Part shown: positions 1 to 9,924 of the stretch, piece by piece
Layout of the letters: every line of letters begins with the position of its first letter
Numbering within the stretch: the first letter of the stretch is position 1
DNA from: an uncultured Oscillospiraceae bacterium
Lineage (GTDB): Bacteria; Bacillota; Clostridia; Oscillospirales; Acutalibacteraceae
Direction: 5' to 3'
DNA length: 64,000 nucleotides
Assembly: GCA_958448165.1 (NCBI GenBank)
Contig: CAUDCW010000004.1
Span: 63,130 to 127,129 of the forward strand
Translations under genes and position numbers: made by a program
The notes under the pieces: model-generated
What the model was told of the DNA's origin: nothing
Database searches by the model: none
The model's input: only the letters and a program-made list of their open reading frames with translations

Positions 1-832
1 CCGTTCTCGGCGTGACTGCCTGAAAAAGAGAGGTGAGTATCCTGCTGACCATAGGCTCGTCGCTGTATTGGAAGAAAAAGAAATACAGCGCAGGAACAGC
101 GATAAGAATAGCCGATATAGTCAGGATAACCTTGCTCTGCATACGGTACTGCCGCAAGTGGAAACGGTGAGTTTTGATGTCCTCCCAGGTAAGAAAACCG
201 ATGCCGCCGACGATAATAAGCAGAATAACCGTGATGTTGATAACAGGGTCGTTGACATAAGAGGTGAGGGACTGGTATTGGTTGTCCGGTGTTCCCATAA
301 TATCAAAGCCAGCGTTGCAGAAAGCCGAGATAGAGTGAAAAACAGCCATCCATATGCCCCTTAGTCCGTAATCCCTGCAAAAAACGGGAGCCATCGCAAC
401 TGCGCCGATAAGCTCAATTGCAACAGTCAGCTTGATGATAAAGCCGGTGAGTTTGACAATACCGCCAACCTTAGGTGCGGAAATTGCCTCCTGCATTGTG
501 CTTCTCTGCATAAGAGTTATTTTTCTGCCCGATATGAGGGCGATTGACGCCGCAACCGTAACAACGCCCATACCGCCTATCTGAATCAGTATAAGAATAA
601 CGGCTTGACCGAATGACGACCAGTAGCTTGCGGTGTCGTGAACAATAAGTCCCGTTACGCATACCGCCGAGGTCGAGGTGAATAAGGCTTCGTTAAACGG
701 CGTCACGCTTCCGTTCTGCGCCGAAATCGGAAGCATCAGCAAAAGTGTGCCGAGTAGAATAACGCCGGCAAACCCGAATATGATAATCTGAAAAGAGGTC
801 AGATGCCTCCTCCTGTGCAAAGCATTTAACAT
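1..832 (-). CDS. TrkH/KtrB-family K+ uptake transporter membrane subunit, partial (C-terminus lies beyond window start)
   Basis: Reverse-strand reading from ATG (complement of 830-832) with AAGGAG RBS gives MLNALHRRRHLTSFQIIIFGFAGVILLGTLLLMLPIS... Multiple hydrophobic helices and the overall pattern are typical of TrkH/KtrB. Missing from the ORF track only because there is no stop inside the window. Confidence 0.7.
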   Translation of the reverse strand, partial: MLNALHRRRHLTSFQIIIFGFAGVILLGTLLLMLPISAQNGSVTPFNEALFTSTSAVCVTGLIVHDTASYWSSFGQAVILILIQIGGMGVVTVAASIALISGRKITLMQRSTMQEAISAPKVGGIVKLTGFIIKLTVAIELIGAVAMAPVFCRDYGLRGIWMAVFHSISAFCNAGFDIMGTPDNQYQSLTSYVNDPVINITVILLIIVGGIGFLTWEDIKTHRFHLRQYRMQSKVILTISAILIAVPALYFFFFQYSDEPMVSRILTSLFQAVTPRT

Positions 833-951
833 AATGTTCTCCTTGATAGCTTTGATATAATTTTCATTATATGGTAATTGATTTTAAGAGTGCGTAAAAC
901 TATTATCGTCCGTATTAAGATGATATAAAGATTTTGTGAAAAGATGTATTC

Positions 952-1130
952 TTAAGGAAACACTGATTAAATCGTTTGTGCATATTGCGCTGTCAGGTTT
1001 TTCGTTAGATTGGACAAATAAACCGCAGTAATGCTGCCGCATTACGAGAATTTTTTGGTCAGGCTGACGGAAAATATGGGGGGAAGATGTGCAAACAGCT
1101 TTCATCGTGATTTATTCAGTGTTTCCTTAA
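952..1130. repeat. ~180-bp element with terminal inverted repeats (TTAAGGAAACACTGATTAAATC ... GATTTATTCAGTGTTTCCTTAA), copy 1 of 3
   Basis: Near-identical copies at 48722-48901 (same orientation) and 57383-57561 (inverted). Perfect ~22-nt terminal inverted repeat and a long imperfect internal palindrome. Lies in the divergent intergenic region, 124 bp upstream of the ABC ATPase start. Confidence 0.8.
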
Positions 1131-1253
1131 TAATAACACGGCAGAAAAAATTTTGCAATTCAGTTTATCTGTCACTTTAAAGTCACTTTGAGCCTTTATA
1201 ATGACTTTGTAGTTGAAAGATCTTTTACAAATAATAATTTCGGAGGTAATGAT

Positions 1254-1925
1254 ATGGAAATTTTAAGAGTAGAAAACCTGACAAAAACCTACGGCTCGGG
1301 TGCAAACACGGTGAACGCCGTTGATGATGTTTCATTCACTGTCGGGCAGGGCGAGTTCGTCGCCATTGTCGGCGCAAGCGGCAGCGGCAAATCAACGCTT
1401 TTACATATGATAGGCGGCGTTGACAGACCGACAAAGGGTCAGATTTTTATTGACGGCAACGAAATCAACACAATGAACAACGACAAGCTTGCAATCTTCC
1501 GCCGCAGGCAGATTGGCATTGTTTATCAGTTTTACAACCTGATACCTATTCTGACGGTCGAGGAGAATATCACTCTGCCGTGTGACCTCGACGGCTGTGC
1601 GGTTGACAAGCAGCGGCTTGACGAAATGCTTGTCACCTTCGGACTGAAATCAAGGCGGAACGCACTGCCGAACCAGCTTTCAGGCGGCCAGCAGCAGAGA
1701 ACCTCAATCGCCAGGGCGCTCATAAACCGTCCGGCGCTTCTGCTTGCAGACGAGCCGACAGGCAACCTTGACTCAAAGGCGTCTGAGGAGATAATGAGCG
1801 TACTCAAGCTGTCCAACAAAAGCTATAATCAGACGATAATAATGATAACGCACGACCCGGATCTGGCAAATCAGGCTGATCGTGTTATAACAATAAATGA
1901 CGGTAAAATTGTGGGGGAGGCGTAA
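1254..1925 (+). CDS. ABC transporter ATP-binding protein (MacB/FtsE/BceA-like)
   Basis: GGAGG RBS then [16 protein letters not shown]. Walker [13 protein letters not shown] signature LSGGQQQR, Walker [13 protein letters not shown]. Confidence 0.9.
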   Translation: MEILRVENLTKTYGSGANTVNAVDDVSFTVGQGEFVAIVGASGSGKSTLLHMIGGVDRPTKGQIFIDGNEINTMNNDKLAIFRRRQIGIVYQFYNLIPILTVEENITLPCDLDGCAVDKQRLDEMLVTFGLKSRRNALPNQLSGGQQQRTSIARALINRPALLLADEPTGNLDSKASEEIMSVLKLSNKSYNQTIIMITHDPDLANQADRVITINDGKIVGEA

Positions 1926-1928
1926 GGA

Positions 1929-4586
1929 ATGAAAATTCTGAATAAGCTCACCCTGAAAAACCTCAGGCTCAATAAAAGCCGTACAATAGTGACGGTCATC
2001 GGCATTATGCTCTCAACGGCACTTATTACGTTTGTTGCGGGAATAGCCTCAAGCGCACAGCAGACGCTTGTTAATATGCAGATTTACAGCGTCGGCGACT
2101 ATGAATTCCGCTTTTCGGGAAATGTAAACAACAAGAATATCGAAACAACGCAGAACAACCGCAATGTTGGAACGGTCTATTTTACCGACTCAATAGGCTG
2201 TGCAAAAATGCCAAGTCCTGAGCTGAAGAATAAGCCTTATGTGTTCATTAAGGCGTTGAGTACAAATTCCTTTGAAAACTGCTTCAAAACAAAGCTTTCC
2301 GAGGGCAGATATCCGCAAAACGAAAACGAGCTTTTAGTGTCGTACGATTATGTCAAATGGTCAAAGGACAAGCCGAAAATCGGCGACACGATAACGCTCG
2401 AAATCGGCGACCGTGTGTCTGAAAACGGCGATGCTATTGACTATAATTCGATTTATGGTTTTTCGTATAAGACGAATGAAAGCATTGAGGAAAATATAAA
2501 GGTCAGACTGCAAAGAACATACAAGATTGTCGGTGTTCTTGCAGAGGACTCTACAAACGCCGTTATGGTTGAACAGAACTCCGCCTGCATATCCGTATTC
2601 ACAGCCGCAGATATAAACAAGCTGTCGGAAAATGCTGAAATGTATGTTGACCTGACGCCGGACGGCGAGAAAAACTATATTTCTGCGGCGGCTGAAATCT
2701 CGGGCCTTGACGAGGAGCAGGTGAGCGCATATCTAAGTCAAAGCACTGATTTCAGCGAAGAGGAATGGAAGGAATTTTATCAAAAGCTGACTTATGAATT
2801 CTTTTCCGTTAACAGTACCCTGCTTTCCTACAAGGGCATAGGAATGAGCGACGTTAACATGCGAATGGTTACATTTATAGCAATTATTGTCATAGCAATA
2901 ATCATTATAGCAAGTGTGTTTACGATACGCAACAGCTTTGCAATATCAATAACAGAAAAAACAAGGCTTTACGGTATGATAGCGTCAGTCGGCGCAACCT
3001 CAAAGCAGATAAGGAAAAATGTGCTGTTCGAGGGCTTTGTACTCGGCTTAATCGGCATACCTCTCGGCTTGTTGCTCGGCGTTGGTGTTGCGGCACTTAT
3101 TTTGCTTTTCCTCAATATGATACTGAAAGACGGTTTAAACGGTATGGCGCTTATTTATTCAATGCCGATTTTAGCTGTATTGCTGTCTGTGCTTCTGTCG
3201 GCGGCGACAATATTCTTCTCGACAATTTCAAGCGCAATCCGTGCGTCAAGAATTGCCCCGATTGACGCTATAAGAAGCAGTAACGATGTTAAGCTCGGCA
3301 AGAAACAGAGAAGTCTGCGCTCGCCGAAGCTTATCAAAAAGCTTTTCGGCGTAGGCGGCGATGTAGCGTATAAAAACCTCAAGCGAAGCAGAAAGAAATA
3401 CCGCACAACGGTAATATCAATAATTGTCAGCGTTGCACTGTTCATCTCTATTTCCTGCTTTATGGACTACGGCACAAGGGAGATTGATGAGCATTATCAG
3501 ACAGTTGATTATAATATGAGTGTTAACTCCAATGGGGATTATCAATATGAGAATGTTAAGAAGTCGTTAGAAAGCATCAGCAGGCTTGAGGGGGTTAAAT
3601 CGTCACGGTTATATACCTCAGCAGGCTATGAGGTCAGAACAGACAGTTTAGCTTTTTCAGAAGAAGCAAAAAATCAGACAGCGCCGGATATTGACGGGTA
3701 TTATTTCGGCGAGTTTTTCGGAATTACAGACGATGAATTTAAAGAATATACCGATAAGCTCGGCTTGAATTACGATGATGTCAAGGACAAGGGAATACTT
3801 TATAATGTATTTGAGTATAAGGACGCAGACGGAAAATCCCACAAAGCAAAATACTTCGATATTGAAAAGGGCACTGTATTTGAGTGTGTTTCAACATTTG
3901 AAGAAAGCGACCCTGATTACTCGGAAATGAGTATTGAAATTGCCTGCGATACCGATATGCTCCCATATGACATTCCCTATACAATGCAAAGCGTAACAGT
4001 GTTTGTCAGACAGGAATGGATGGAGAAGAACTGTGAAAACGGCGGTATATCGCTTTCGCTTAATATCAACGCCGAAAACGCCGACAAGCTGGAGCAGAAT
4101 ATACTCGACCTCGGATATACGGGCATATCTGTGTTTAATATGGACAAAACAGCACGAATTATGAATTCTATGTATCTTGCAATCTCTATCTTTATTTACG
4201 GCTTTATCATCGTTATAACGCTGATAGGCGTGACAAATATATTCAACACAATAACAACCAATATGCGCCTGAGAAGCAAGGAGTTTGCTATGCTCAAATC
4301 AATCGGTATGACAAAGCGTGAGTTCAACCGTATGGTTCGCCTTGAAAGCATATTCTACGGACTTAAATCGCTGATTATCGGCATACCGCTCGGTACAATC
4401 GGCGGCTATTTGATTTTTCTTGCGTTCAATGCCAACAATCGGAAATATGAATTTATCTTCCCGTGGCTTGCGATACTCATCAGCATTGTGTTCGTGTTTG
4501 CGATAGTCTGGCTTATTATGCGCTTCTCGATTGCAAAGGTTCAGAAGCAGAATATCATCGAAACCATCAGAAAAGACAATATATGA
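1929..4586 (+). CDS. ABC transporter permease with duplicated FtsX-type domains and two large extracytoplasmic loops (885 aa)
   Basis: Two repeats of (N-terminal TM, ~270-aa hydrophilic loop, three clustered TMs with FtsX-like motifs, e.g. LKSIGMTKREF). Immediately follows the ATPase. Confidence 0.8.
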   Translation: MKILNKLTLKNLRLNKSRTIVTVIGIMLSTALITFVAGIASSAQQTLVNMQIYSVGDYEFRFSGNVNNKNIETTQNNRNVGTVYFTDSIGCAKMPSPELKNKPYVFIKALSTNSFENCFKTKLSEGRYPQNENELLVSYDYVKWSKDKPKIGDTITLEIGDRVSENGDAIDYNSIYGFSYKTNESIEENIKVRLQRTYKIVGVLAEDSTNAVMVEQNSACISVFTAADINKLSENAEMYVDLTPDGEKNYISAAAEISGLDEEQVSAYLSQSTDFSEEEWKEFYQKLTYEFFSVNSTLLSYKGIGMSDVNMRMVTFIAIIVIAIIIIASVFTIRNSFAISITEKTRLYGMIASVGATSKQIRKNVLFEGFVLGLIGIPLGLLLGVGVAALILLFLNMILKDGLNGMALIYSMPILAVLLSVLLSAATIFFSTISSAIRASRIAPIDAIRSSNDVKLGKKQRSLRSPKLIKKLFGVGGDVAYKNLKRSRKKYRTTVISIIVSVALFISISCFMDYGTREIDEHYQTVDYNMSVNSNGDYQYENVKKSLESISRLEGVKSSRLYTSAGYEVRTDSLAFSEEAKNQTAPDIDGYYFGEFFGITDDEFKEYTDKLGLNYDDVKDKGILYNVFEYKDADGKSHKAKYFDIEKGTVFECVSTFEESDPDYSEMSIEIACDTDMLPYDIPYTMQSVTVFVRQEWMEKNCENGGISLSLNINAENADKLEQNILDLGYTGISVFNMDKTARIMNSMYLAISIFIYGFIIVITLIGVTNIFNTITTNMRLRSKEFAMLKSIGMTKREFNRMVRLESIFYGLKSLIIGIPLGTIGGYLIFLAFNANNRKYEFIFPWLAILISIVFVFAIVWLIMRFSIAKVQKQNIIETIRKDNI

Positions 4587-4595
4587 CCGGGCTTG

Positions 4596-4623
4596 TTGAC
4601 AAGCACACTGCCGATGATATAAT
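4596..4623 (+). promoter_or_regulatory. sigma-A-type promoter (TTGACA-16 nt-TGaTATAAT) for the two-component system genes
   Basis: TTGACA at 4596-4601 and extended -10 TGATATAAT ending at 4623. Followed by a ~165-nt structured leader with hairpins and four tandem TTAGTGA heptads (4681-4708). Confidence 0.55.
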
Positions 4624-4791
4624 TTAAGAGAGTAAAGAGGTGCGGCTGCGCCGCAGTTTTGAGTTTTGAGTGGGCAGTGGTTAGTGATTAGTGATTAGTG
4701 ATTAGTGGATAGAGAGTGGTTGTAGGGAACGGTCTTGACCGTTCCGGCTCGCTGTGCTGAACACAAATTTATCACCCAAATGGAGAACCGT

Positions 4792-5439
4792 ATGAAAATC
4801 TTGCTTGTTGAGGACAACAAAACAATATCAAAGGGTCTTGTATATACTCTGTCACAAAACGGCTATGAGGTCACGCTTTGCGAAAGCTGTGAGGCGGTGC
4901 TTGCCGCCGCACCGTTTGAGTTTGATTTATCCGTTATTGATATTTCACTGCCGGACGGCAACGGCTTTGAGCTTTATACACAGATAAAACACATGTCGGT
5001 TTTTCCGACGGTGTTTTTGACAGCGTGTGACGACGAGGACAGCGTTGTAAAGGCTTTTGACCTCGGCGCAGACGACTACATAACAAAACCGTTTTCAATG
5101 CGTGAGCTGCTTGCAAGAATACGGCGGCTTGTCGCAAACGGCAAAGGCTCTGCGGTAAAAATCGGCGATATTGAGGTTGACCTTGACAAAAAAACGGTGC
5201 TGAAAAGCGGAGAGCCGGTGGAGCTCACTGCGCTTGAATACAGAATTTTTTCAATGCTTGTGCAGAATGCAGGCAAAACCGTAACCCGTGAGCTTATCCT
5301 CGAAAGGATATGGGATTTAGCCGGGAATTATGTCAACGATAACACGCTGACCGTATATATCAGGCGCATCAGAAAAAAGCTGGGAAGCGACTGTATTAAA
5401 ACGGTCAAGGGTCTTGGCTACAGACTGGAGGATGTATGA
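4792..5439 (+). CDS. OmpR-family response regulator (receiver + winged-helix DNA-binding domain)
   Basis: GGAGA RBS then MKILLVEDNKTISKGL. Conserved D in VIDISLPDGNG and a C-terminal trans_reg_C-like LTVYIRRIRKKL. Confidence 0.9.
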   Translation: MKILLVEDNKTISKGLVYTLSQNGYEVTLCESCEAVLAAAPFEFDLSVIDISLPDGNGFELYTQIKHMSVFPTVFLTACDDEDSVVKAFDLGADDYITKPFSMRELLARIRRLVANGKGSAVKIGDIEVDLDKKTVLKSGEPVELTALEYRIFSMLVQNAGKTVTRELILERIWDLAGNYVNDNTLTVYIRRIRKKLGSDCIKTVKGLGYRLEDV

Positions 5440-6656
5440 AACGCTCATATAAATTTCTCGTTGCCTTTCTTGTGCTTGCACTGCTGTTTTCATCGGCGGC
5501 TGCTGCCGTAACTGCTTTTGAGCTTAACAGTATCCGCAGAAGTGCTAACGAGAGCATTATGGCTGTAATTTCGGCTGTAAAGCAAAAATACCCCGAGGTA
5601 AGCGACAATGAAATTGCACGGATTTTAAACAGTAAGGACAGCGGCGAGAGTTACGGCGACAGCCTTAAAAAATACGGAATATCGATTGACAGCGATTGGG
5701 CGCTTTACAAAAACGAGGAACAGGAAAGGCTCATAACAGTCGCAAACACCGTCCTGTGCGCTGCTTGTTGCCTTGTTATATGCGCAGTGTTTGTGCTGTA
5801 TTGCAAAATGCGGAAGAAAGAAACAAAACGGCTCACGCAGTATGTTGAGAGAATCAACAAAAAGGACTACGATTTGATGATTGAGGAAAACAGCGAGGAC
5901 GAAATGTCGCTGCTGCGCAATGAGATATACAAAACCACCGTTATGCTCAAGGAACAGCGTGACAGCTCACAAAGGGACAAGGAAAGCCTCAAGGACTCGC
6001 TTTCTGATATTTCGCATCAGCTCAAAACTCCGCTAACGTCAATTCTTGTAATGCTCGACACGATTCTTGACGATGACAATATGCCGCCCGAAATTCGCCG
6101 TGAATTTCTCTGCGACATACGCAGGAGCGCCGCCTCAATGGGCTTTCACATTCAGTCAATTCTTACGCTTTCAAAGCTTGACGCTGATTCGATAATACTA
6201 AAGTCAAACGAAGAGGACATTAGACGGATTTTAGACGAATGTGTGCAAAACACCGAGGTGTTGTCGGAGCTTAAGGGTGTATCGGTGAGCGTTGAGGTCG
6301 ATGATGATTTTACGCTTTTGTGTGATTTCAAATGGCTTTGCGAGGCTCGGACGAATATTGTGAAAAACTGTATTGAACACACAGAAAGCGGAGGAGTTGT
6401 CAGCGTTAAAGCCGCTAAAACAAAGCTTTATTCAAAAATCACCGTAAGCGACAACGGAGAGGGAATGTCACCCGAGGATTTGCCGCACATTTTTGAACGC
6501 TTTTATAAATGCCGGAATTCGAGCGATGAAAGCGTTGGAATCGGTCTTGCGATTACAAAAGCAATCATTGATAAGACAGGAGGAATTATATCCGTTTATT
6601 CAACGGTCGGAAGCGGCACGACCTTTGATATACGCTTTTTTGATAACCGCCTGTGA
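5436..6656 (+). CDS. Sensor histidine kinase (2 TM, ~80-aa extracytoplasmic loop, HisKA + HATPase)
   Basis: H-box SDISHQLKTPLTSI, N-box region and G-box GIGLAITKAII, DxGxG-like motif VSDNGEGM. Start overlaps the response-regulator stop. Confidence 0.85.
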   Translation: MKRSYKFLVAFLVLALLFSSAAAAVTAFELNSIRRSANESIMAVISAVKQKYPEVSDNEIARILNSKDSGESYGDSLKKYGISIDSDWALYKNEEQERLITVANTVLCAACCLVICAVFVLYCKMRKKETKRLTQYVERINKKDYDLMIEENSEDEMSLLRNEIYKTTVMLKEQRDSSQRDKESLKDSLSDISHQLKTPLTSILVMLDTILDDDNMPPEIRREFLCDIRRSAASMGFHIQSILTLSKLDADSIILKSNEEDIRRILDECVQNTEVLSELKGVSVSVEVDDDFTLLCDFKWLCEARTNIVKNCIEHTESGGVVSVKAAKTKLYSKITVSDNGEGMSPEDLPHIFERFYKCRNSSDESVGIGLAITKAIIDKTGGIISVYSTVGSGTTFDIRFFDNRL

Positions 6657-6703
6657 GCAATTTAAACACCCCGTTTATCGGACCTGATAAACGGGGTGAA
6701 GCT

Positions 6704-7123
6704 TTATAATTTCTTTTCCATATGGATATGTTCGCAGTATTCGTCAAAGTATGTTTCGCCGCTTGCGGAAAAGCCGAGTTTTTCGTAGAATTCCTTTACT
6801 CTTAGCTGTGCCGACAGCGACAGTGTGTTTCCGCCGAGCGACCTGATATATCTTTCAGCCTCGTTCATCATCAGAGAACCAAGCTGTCTGCCGCGGTGCT
6901 CTTTCAGCACTGCAAGCCTGCCGATGATAAATTCGTCCGGCGACTCGCCCTTGAAAAAGCGGCAGCAGGCAATCGGCGTTTCTTCATCGTAAACCACCAG
7001 ATGCCATGCATGTGCATCAATATCGTCAAATTCATTTACAAACCCCTGCTCTTTTACAAAAACCTCCTGACGGATATCCTTTGCGCATTGCGGCAGGGCA
7101 GAGCATATTTCAACCTTTATCAA
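6704..7123 (-). CDS. GNAT family N-acetyltransferase
   Basis: 139 aa with acetyl-CoA-binding motif RGRQLGSLMMNEAERY typical of GNAT. Confidence 0.75.
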   Translation of the reverse strand: MIKVEICSALPQCAKDIRQEVFVKEQGFVNEFDDIDAHAWHLVVYDEETPIACCRFFKGESPDEFIIGRLAVLKEHRGRQLGSLMMNEAERYIRSLGGNTLSLSAQLRVKEFYEKLGFSASGETYFDEYCEHIHMEKKL

Positions 7124-7147
7124 GCGTATTCCCCCACAGAAATCTTG

Positions 7148-7942
7148 TTATTCATCAACGGTGAATCTGTAATTGTGCAGCAGCGGACCGCTGCCCTTTC
7201 CGATATTGAAATTGACCCTCAATGCTCCGTTGATATATTTTTTTGCGTTCTGAACGCTGTCGTATATATTGCAGCCGCCGGCAAGACCGCAGGCTATCGC
7301 CGATGACAAAGTGCAGCCTGTGCCGTGGGTGTTGCTGTTGTCAATTTTCGGCGAATAGAACCACTTTAATTTGTTTCCGTCAAAAAGCAGGTCGTTGGCG
7401 TCGCCGACACTGTGACCGCCCTTTATCAGAACGGCAGAGCCGCACAGTTCAAATATCTTTTTTGCCGCAAGCTCGGTGTCGTCTTTGGTTCGGATTTTTA
7501 TCCCGCTCAACACCTCAGCCTCAGGAATATTCGGTGTTACAACGGCTGCAAGCGGCAATAGGGAAGAGGTCAGCTCGTCAATGGCGTCCTGCTGTAAAAG
7601 CGGACTGCCGCTGGTTGAAATCATAACGGGGTCAACGACAATATTCTTGGCGTTGTGCTTTTTAAGGCACTGCGCAATTGTTTTGATTATATCGGCGTTT
7701 GACACCATGCCTATTTTCACGCTGTCAGGTACTATGTCGTCAAATACACAGTCAATCTGCTTTGCGACAAATTCGGGGTCTGTGTCGGCAACGCCGTAAA
7801 CTCCTGTGGTGTTCTGTGCCGTAAGCGAGGTTATGGCGCTCATAGCGTACATACCGAAGCAGGTTATAGTCTTGATGTCAGCCTGAATTCCTGCTCCGCC
7901 GCTTGAGTCTGAGCCTGCAATTGTAAGCACTGCTTTAATCAT
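7148..7942 (-). CDS. thiD: Hydroxymethylpyrimidine/phosphomethylpyrimidine kinase
   Basis: [25 protein letters not shown]... matches the ThiD/PdxK ribokinase-like fold. Sits in an operon with thiC. Confidence 0.85.
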   Translation of the reverse strand: MIKAVLTIAGSDSSGGAGIQADIKTITCFGMYAMSAITSLTAQNTTGVYGVADTDPEFVAKQIDCVFDDIVPDSVKIGMVSNADIIKTIAQCLKKHNAKNIVVDPVMISTSGSPLLQQDAIDELTSSLLPLAAVVTPNIPEAEVLSGIKIRTKDDTELAAKKIFELCGSAVLIKGGHSVGDANDLLFDGNKLKWFYSPKIDNSNTHGTGCTLSSAIACGLAGGCNIYDSVQNAKKYINGALRVNFNIGKGSGPLLHNYRFTVDE

Positions 7943-8609
7943 AAATTTTCTTCCATTCTTTCATCGAGTTAAGATACACGTCGGCTGTCTTTTCAAGCTC
8001 GCTTATGTGTTCGGCTGAATATTCATCATATACAGCCGCAACCCTGAAGCCGCCCGATTTTGCGGATTTTACCGCAAAGATTGAATCCTCAAAAACCCAT
8101 GTGTTTTCTTTCTTTGTTCCGAGATGCTCAAGCGCAAGCTCATAAATTCTTGGCGTGTCTTTGTTTATATCCAGCTCTGTTCCCGAAAAATAAGCGGAAA
8201 AATACCTGTCAAGTCCGCATCTTTGCGCCGCCGCCCTGACAAGAAATGTGACGTTGGTTGTTGCAACACACATTTTTATTCCTTGCCTGTGCATTTCCTC
8301 CAAGGCTTCAATGACGCCGCATTTCGGCTGAACCTTGTCCGTGTATTCAACCTGAGCCATCCGGTTGATATCATTTATTATTTCGGGAACGGTTCGGTCT
8401 ATTCCGTAGCTTGTTTTTAAATACTCTGCCGCCTGTCTGATGTTCATGGCGGCGACCTCTTGGTTCAATGTTTTGCTTGGTTCCTTGGACAAGCTGATAA
8501 GATAGTTGCTTGCGGCACAATACCAGACATACATTGAGTCGAAAAGCGTGCCGTCAAAGTCGAATATTATTCCGTCAACACTCATACCGTTCTCCGCATT
8601 ATTCATCAA
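7935..8609 (-). CDS. HAD-superfamily hydrolase (beta-phosphoglucomutase-like subfamily)
   Basis: Motif [13 protein letters not shown]. Embedded between thiD and thiC with overlapping start/stop codons. Confidence 0.7.
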   Translation of the reverse strand: MMNNAENGMSVDGIIFDFDGTLFDSMYVWYCAASNYLISLSKEPSKTLNQEVAAMNIRQAAEYLKTSYGIDRTVPEIINDINRMAQVEYTDKVQPKCGVIEALEEMHRQGIKMCVATTNVTFLVRAAAQRCGLDRYFSAYFSGTELDINKDTPRIYELALEHLGTKKENTWVFEDSIFAVKSAKSGGFRVAAVYDEYSAEHISELEKTADVYLNSMKEWKKIYD

Positions 8610-9906
8610 AGATAGATACGATTTCGCCGTCGAGTATGCGGTTCATATTCTTAACGGCGCAGAAGTTACCGCACATACTGCAGGTGTCCTCTTTTTCGGG
8701 CTTAGCCTCGGCTCTGTATCGCCTTGCTTTCTCGGGGTCTATTGATATGTCAAACATCTTCTCCCAGTCAAGCTTCTTTCTCGCCTTGTCCATTTCAAGA
8801 TCCCAGTCGATAGCGCCCTTGATGCCTTTTGCAATGTCGGCTGAATGTGCGGCGATTCTTGTTGCGATGATGCCTTCCTTAACGTCGTTTACGTCAGGCA
8901 GTCTTAAATGCTCGGCAGGCGTTACATAGCACAGGAAAGAAGCTCCGTTTGATGCGGCTATAGCGCCGCCGATTGCAGATGTGATGTGGTCGTAGCCCGG
9001 CGCAATATCGGTGACTATCGGACCGAGAACATAAAACGGTGCGCCGTGGCACAGTGTTTTCTGAATTTCCATATTTGCCGCAATCTGGTTTATCGGCATA
9101 TGACCCGGACCCTCAATCATAACCTGAACGTCCTTTTCCCATGCTCTTTTTGTCAGCTCGCCGAGGGTGATAAGCTCCTCAATCTGTGAAGCGTCTGTTG
9201 CGTCCATAAGGCATCCCGGACGGCAGGCGTCGCCAAGACTTATTGTAACATCATATTCACGGCAGATGTCGAGGATTTCGTCATAGTACTGATAAAACGG
9301 GTTCTCTTCGCCTGTCATCTCCATCCATGCGAAGATGATAGAGCCGCCTCTTGACACGATATTCATAAGCCTTTTGTTCTTCTTGAACTTCTTTGCGGTT
9401 TCCTTGTTGATGCCGCAGTGTATTGTCATAAAGTCAACGCCGTCCTCAGCGTGCATACGAACAATGTCGATCCACTGTCTTGCGGTTATCGCCTTGAGAG
9501 CCTTGTGATAATATACAACAGCGTCATAAATCGGCACTGTTCCTATCATTGCAGGACACTCTGCGGTGAGCTTTCTTCTGAATTTCTGTGTGTCGCCGTA
9601 TGAGCTTAAGTCCATAATAGCCTCTGCACCCATATCAACCGCACTTTTAACCTTTTCAAGCTCCATGTCAAGGTCGGTCCAGTCACGGGATGTACCGAGG
9701 TTTACGTTGATTTTTGTTTTAAGCATCGAGCCAAGACCGTTCGGGTCGATACACTTGTGGTTTTTGTTGCAGGGGATAATAACCTTACCCTCGGACATAA
9801 GCTTCAAAAGCTCGTCACGTTCCATATGCTCCTTGTCTGCGACAGCTTGCATTTCTTTTGTGAAGATGCCTTTTCTTGCGGCATCCATCTGAGTTGTGTA
9901 TTGCAT
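8599..9906 (-). CDS. thiC: Phosphomethylpyrimidine synthase
   Basis: AGGAGG RBS then [20 protein letters not shown]...; C-terminal CSMCGNFCA radical-SAM-like cluster motif of ThiC. The track's longer ORF (to 9990) is an upstream read-through. Confidence 0.9.
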   Translation of the reverse strand: MQYTTQMDAARKGIFTKEMQAVADKEHMERDELLKLMSEGKVIIPCNKNHKCIDPNGLGSMLKTKINVNLGTSRDWTDLDMELEKVKSAVDMGAEAIMDLSSYGDTQKFRRKLTAECPAMIGTVPIYDAVVYYHKALKAITARQWIDIVRMHAEDGVDFMTIHCGINKETAKKFKKNKRLMNIVSRGGSIIFAWMEMTGEENPFYQYYDEILDICREYDVTISLGDACRPGCLMDATDASQIEELITLGELTKRAWEKDVQVMIEGPGHMPINQIAANMEIQKTLCHGAPFYVLGPIVTDIAPGYDHITSAIGGAIAASNGASFLCYVTPAEHLRLPDVNDVKEGIIATRIAAHSADIAKGIKGAIDWDLEMDKARKKLDWEKMFDISIDPEKARRYRAEAKPEKEDTCSMCGNFCAVKNMNRILDGEIVSIFDE

Positions 9907-9924
9907 AAAAGACCTCCTGAAAAA

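Noticed and set aside
884-1105. Small ORFs MHIFRQPDQKILVMRQHYCGLFVQ... recurring at 884-1105, 48384-48851 and 57432-57641
   Set aside because: They lie entirely inside the three copies of the TIR element. Their 'conservation' is nucleotide identity of the repeat. There is no RBS, and their orientation differs relative to neighbouring genes.
4660-4676. GTTTTGAGTTTTGAG at 4660 is the reverse complement of CTCAAAACTCAAAAC at ~45990
   Set aside because: It is a 15-nt match of simple sequence with no flanking similarity, so it is most likely chance.
4681-4708. Tandem TTAGTGA x4 looked superficially repeat-array-like (CRISPR?)
   Set aside because: The units are 7 bp with no spacers, far too short for CRISPR repeats, and no cas genes are nearby. 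Treated as a leader/operator feature instead.
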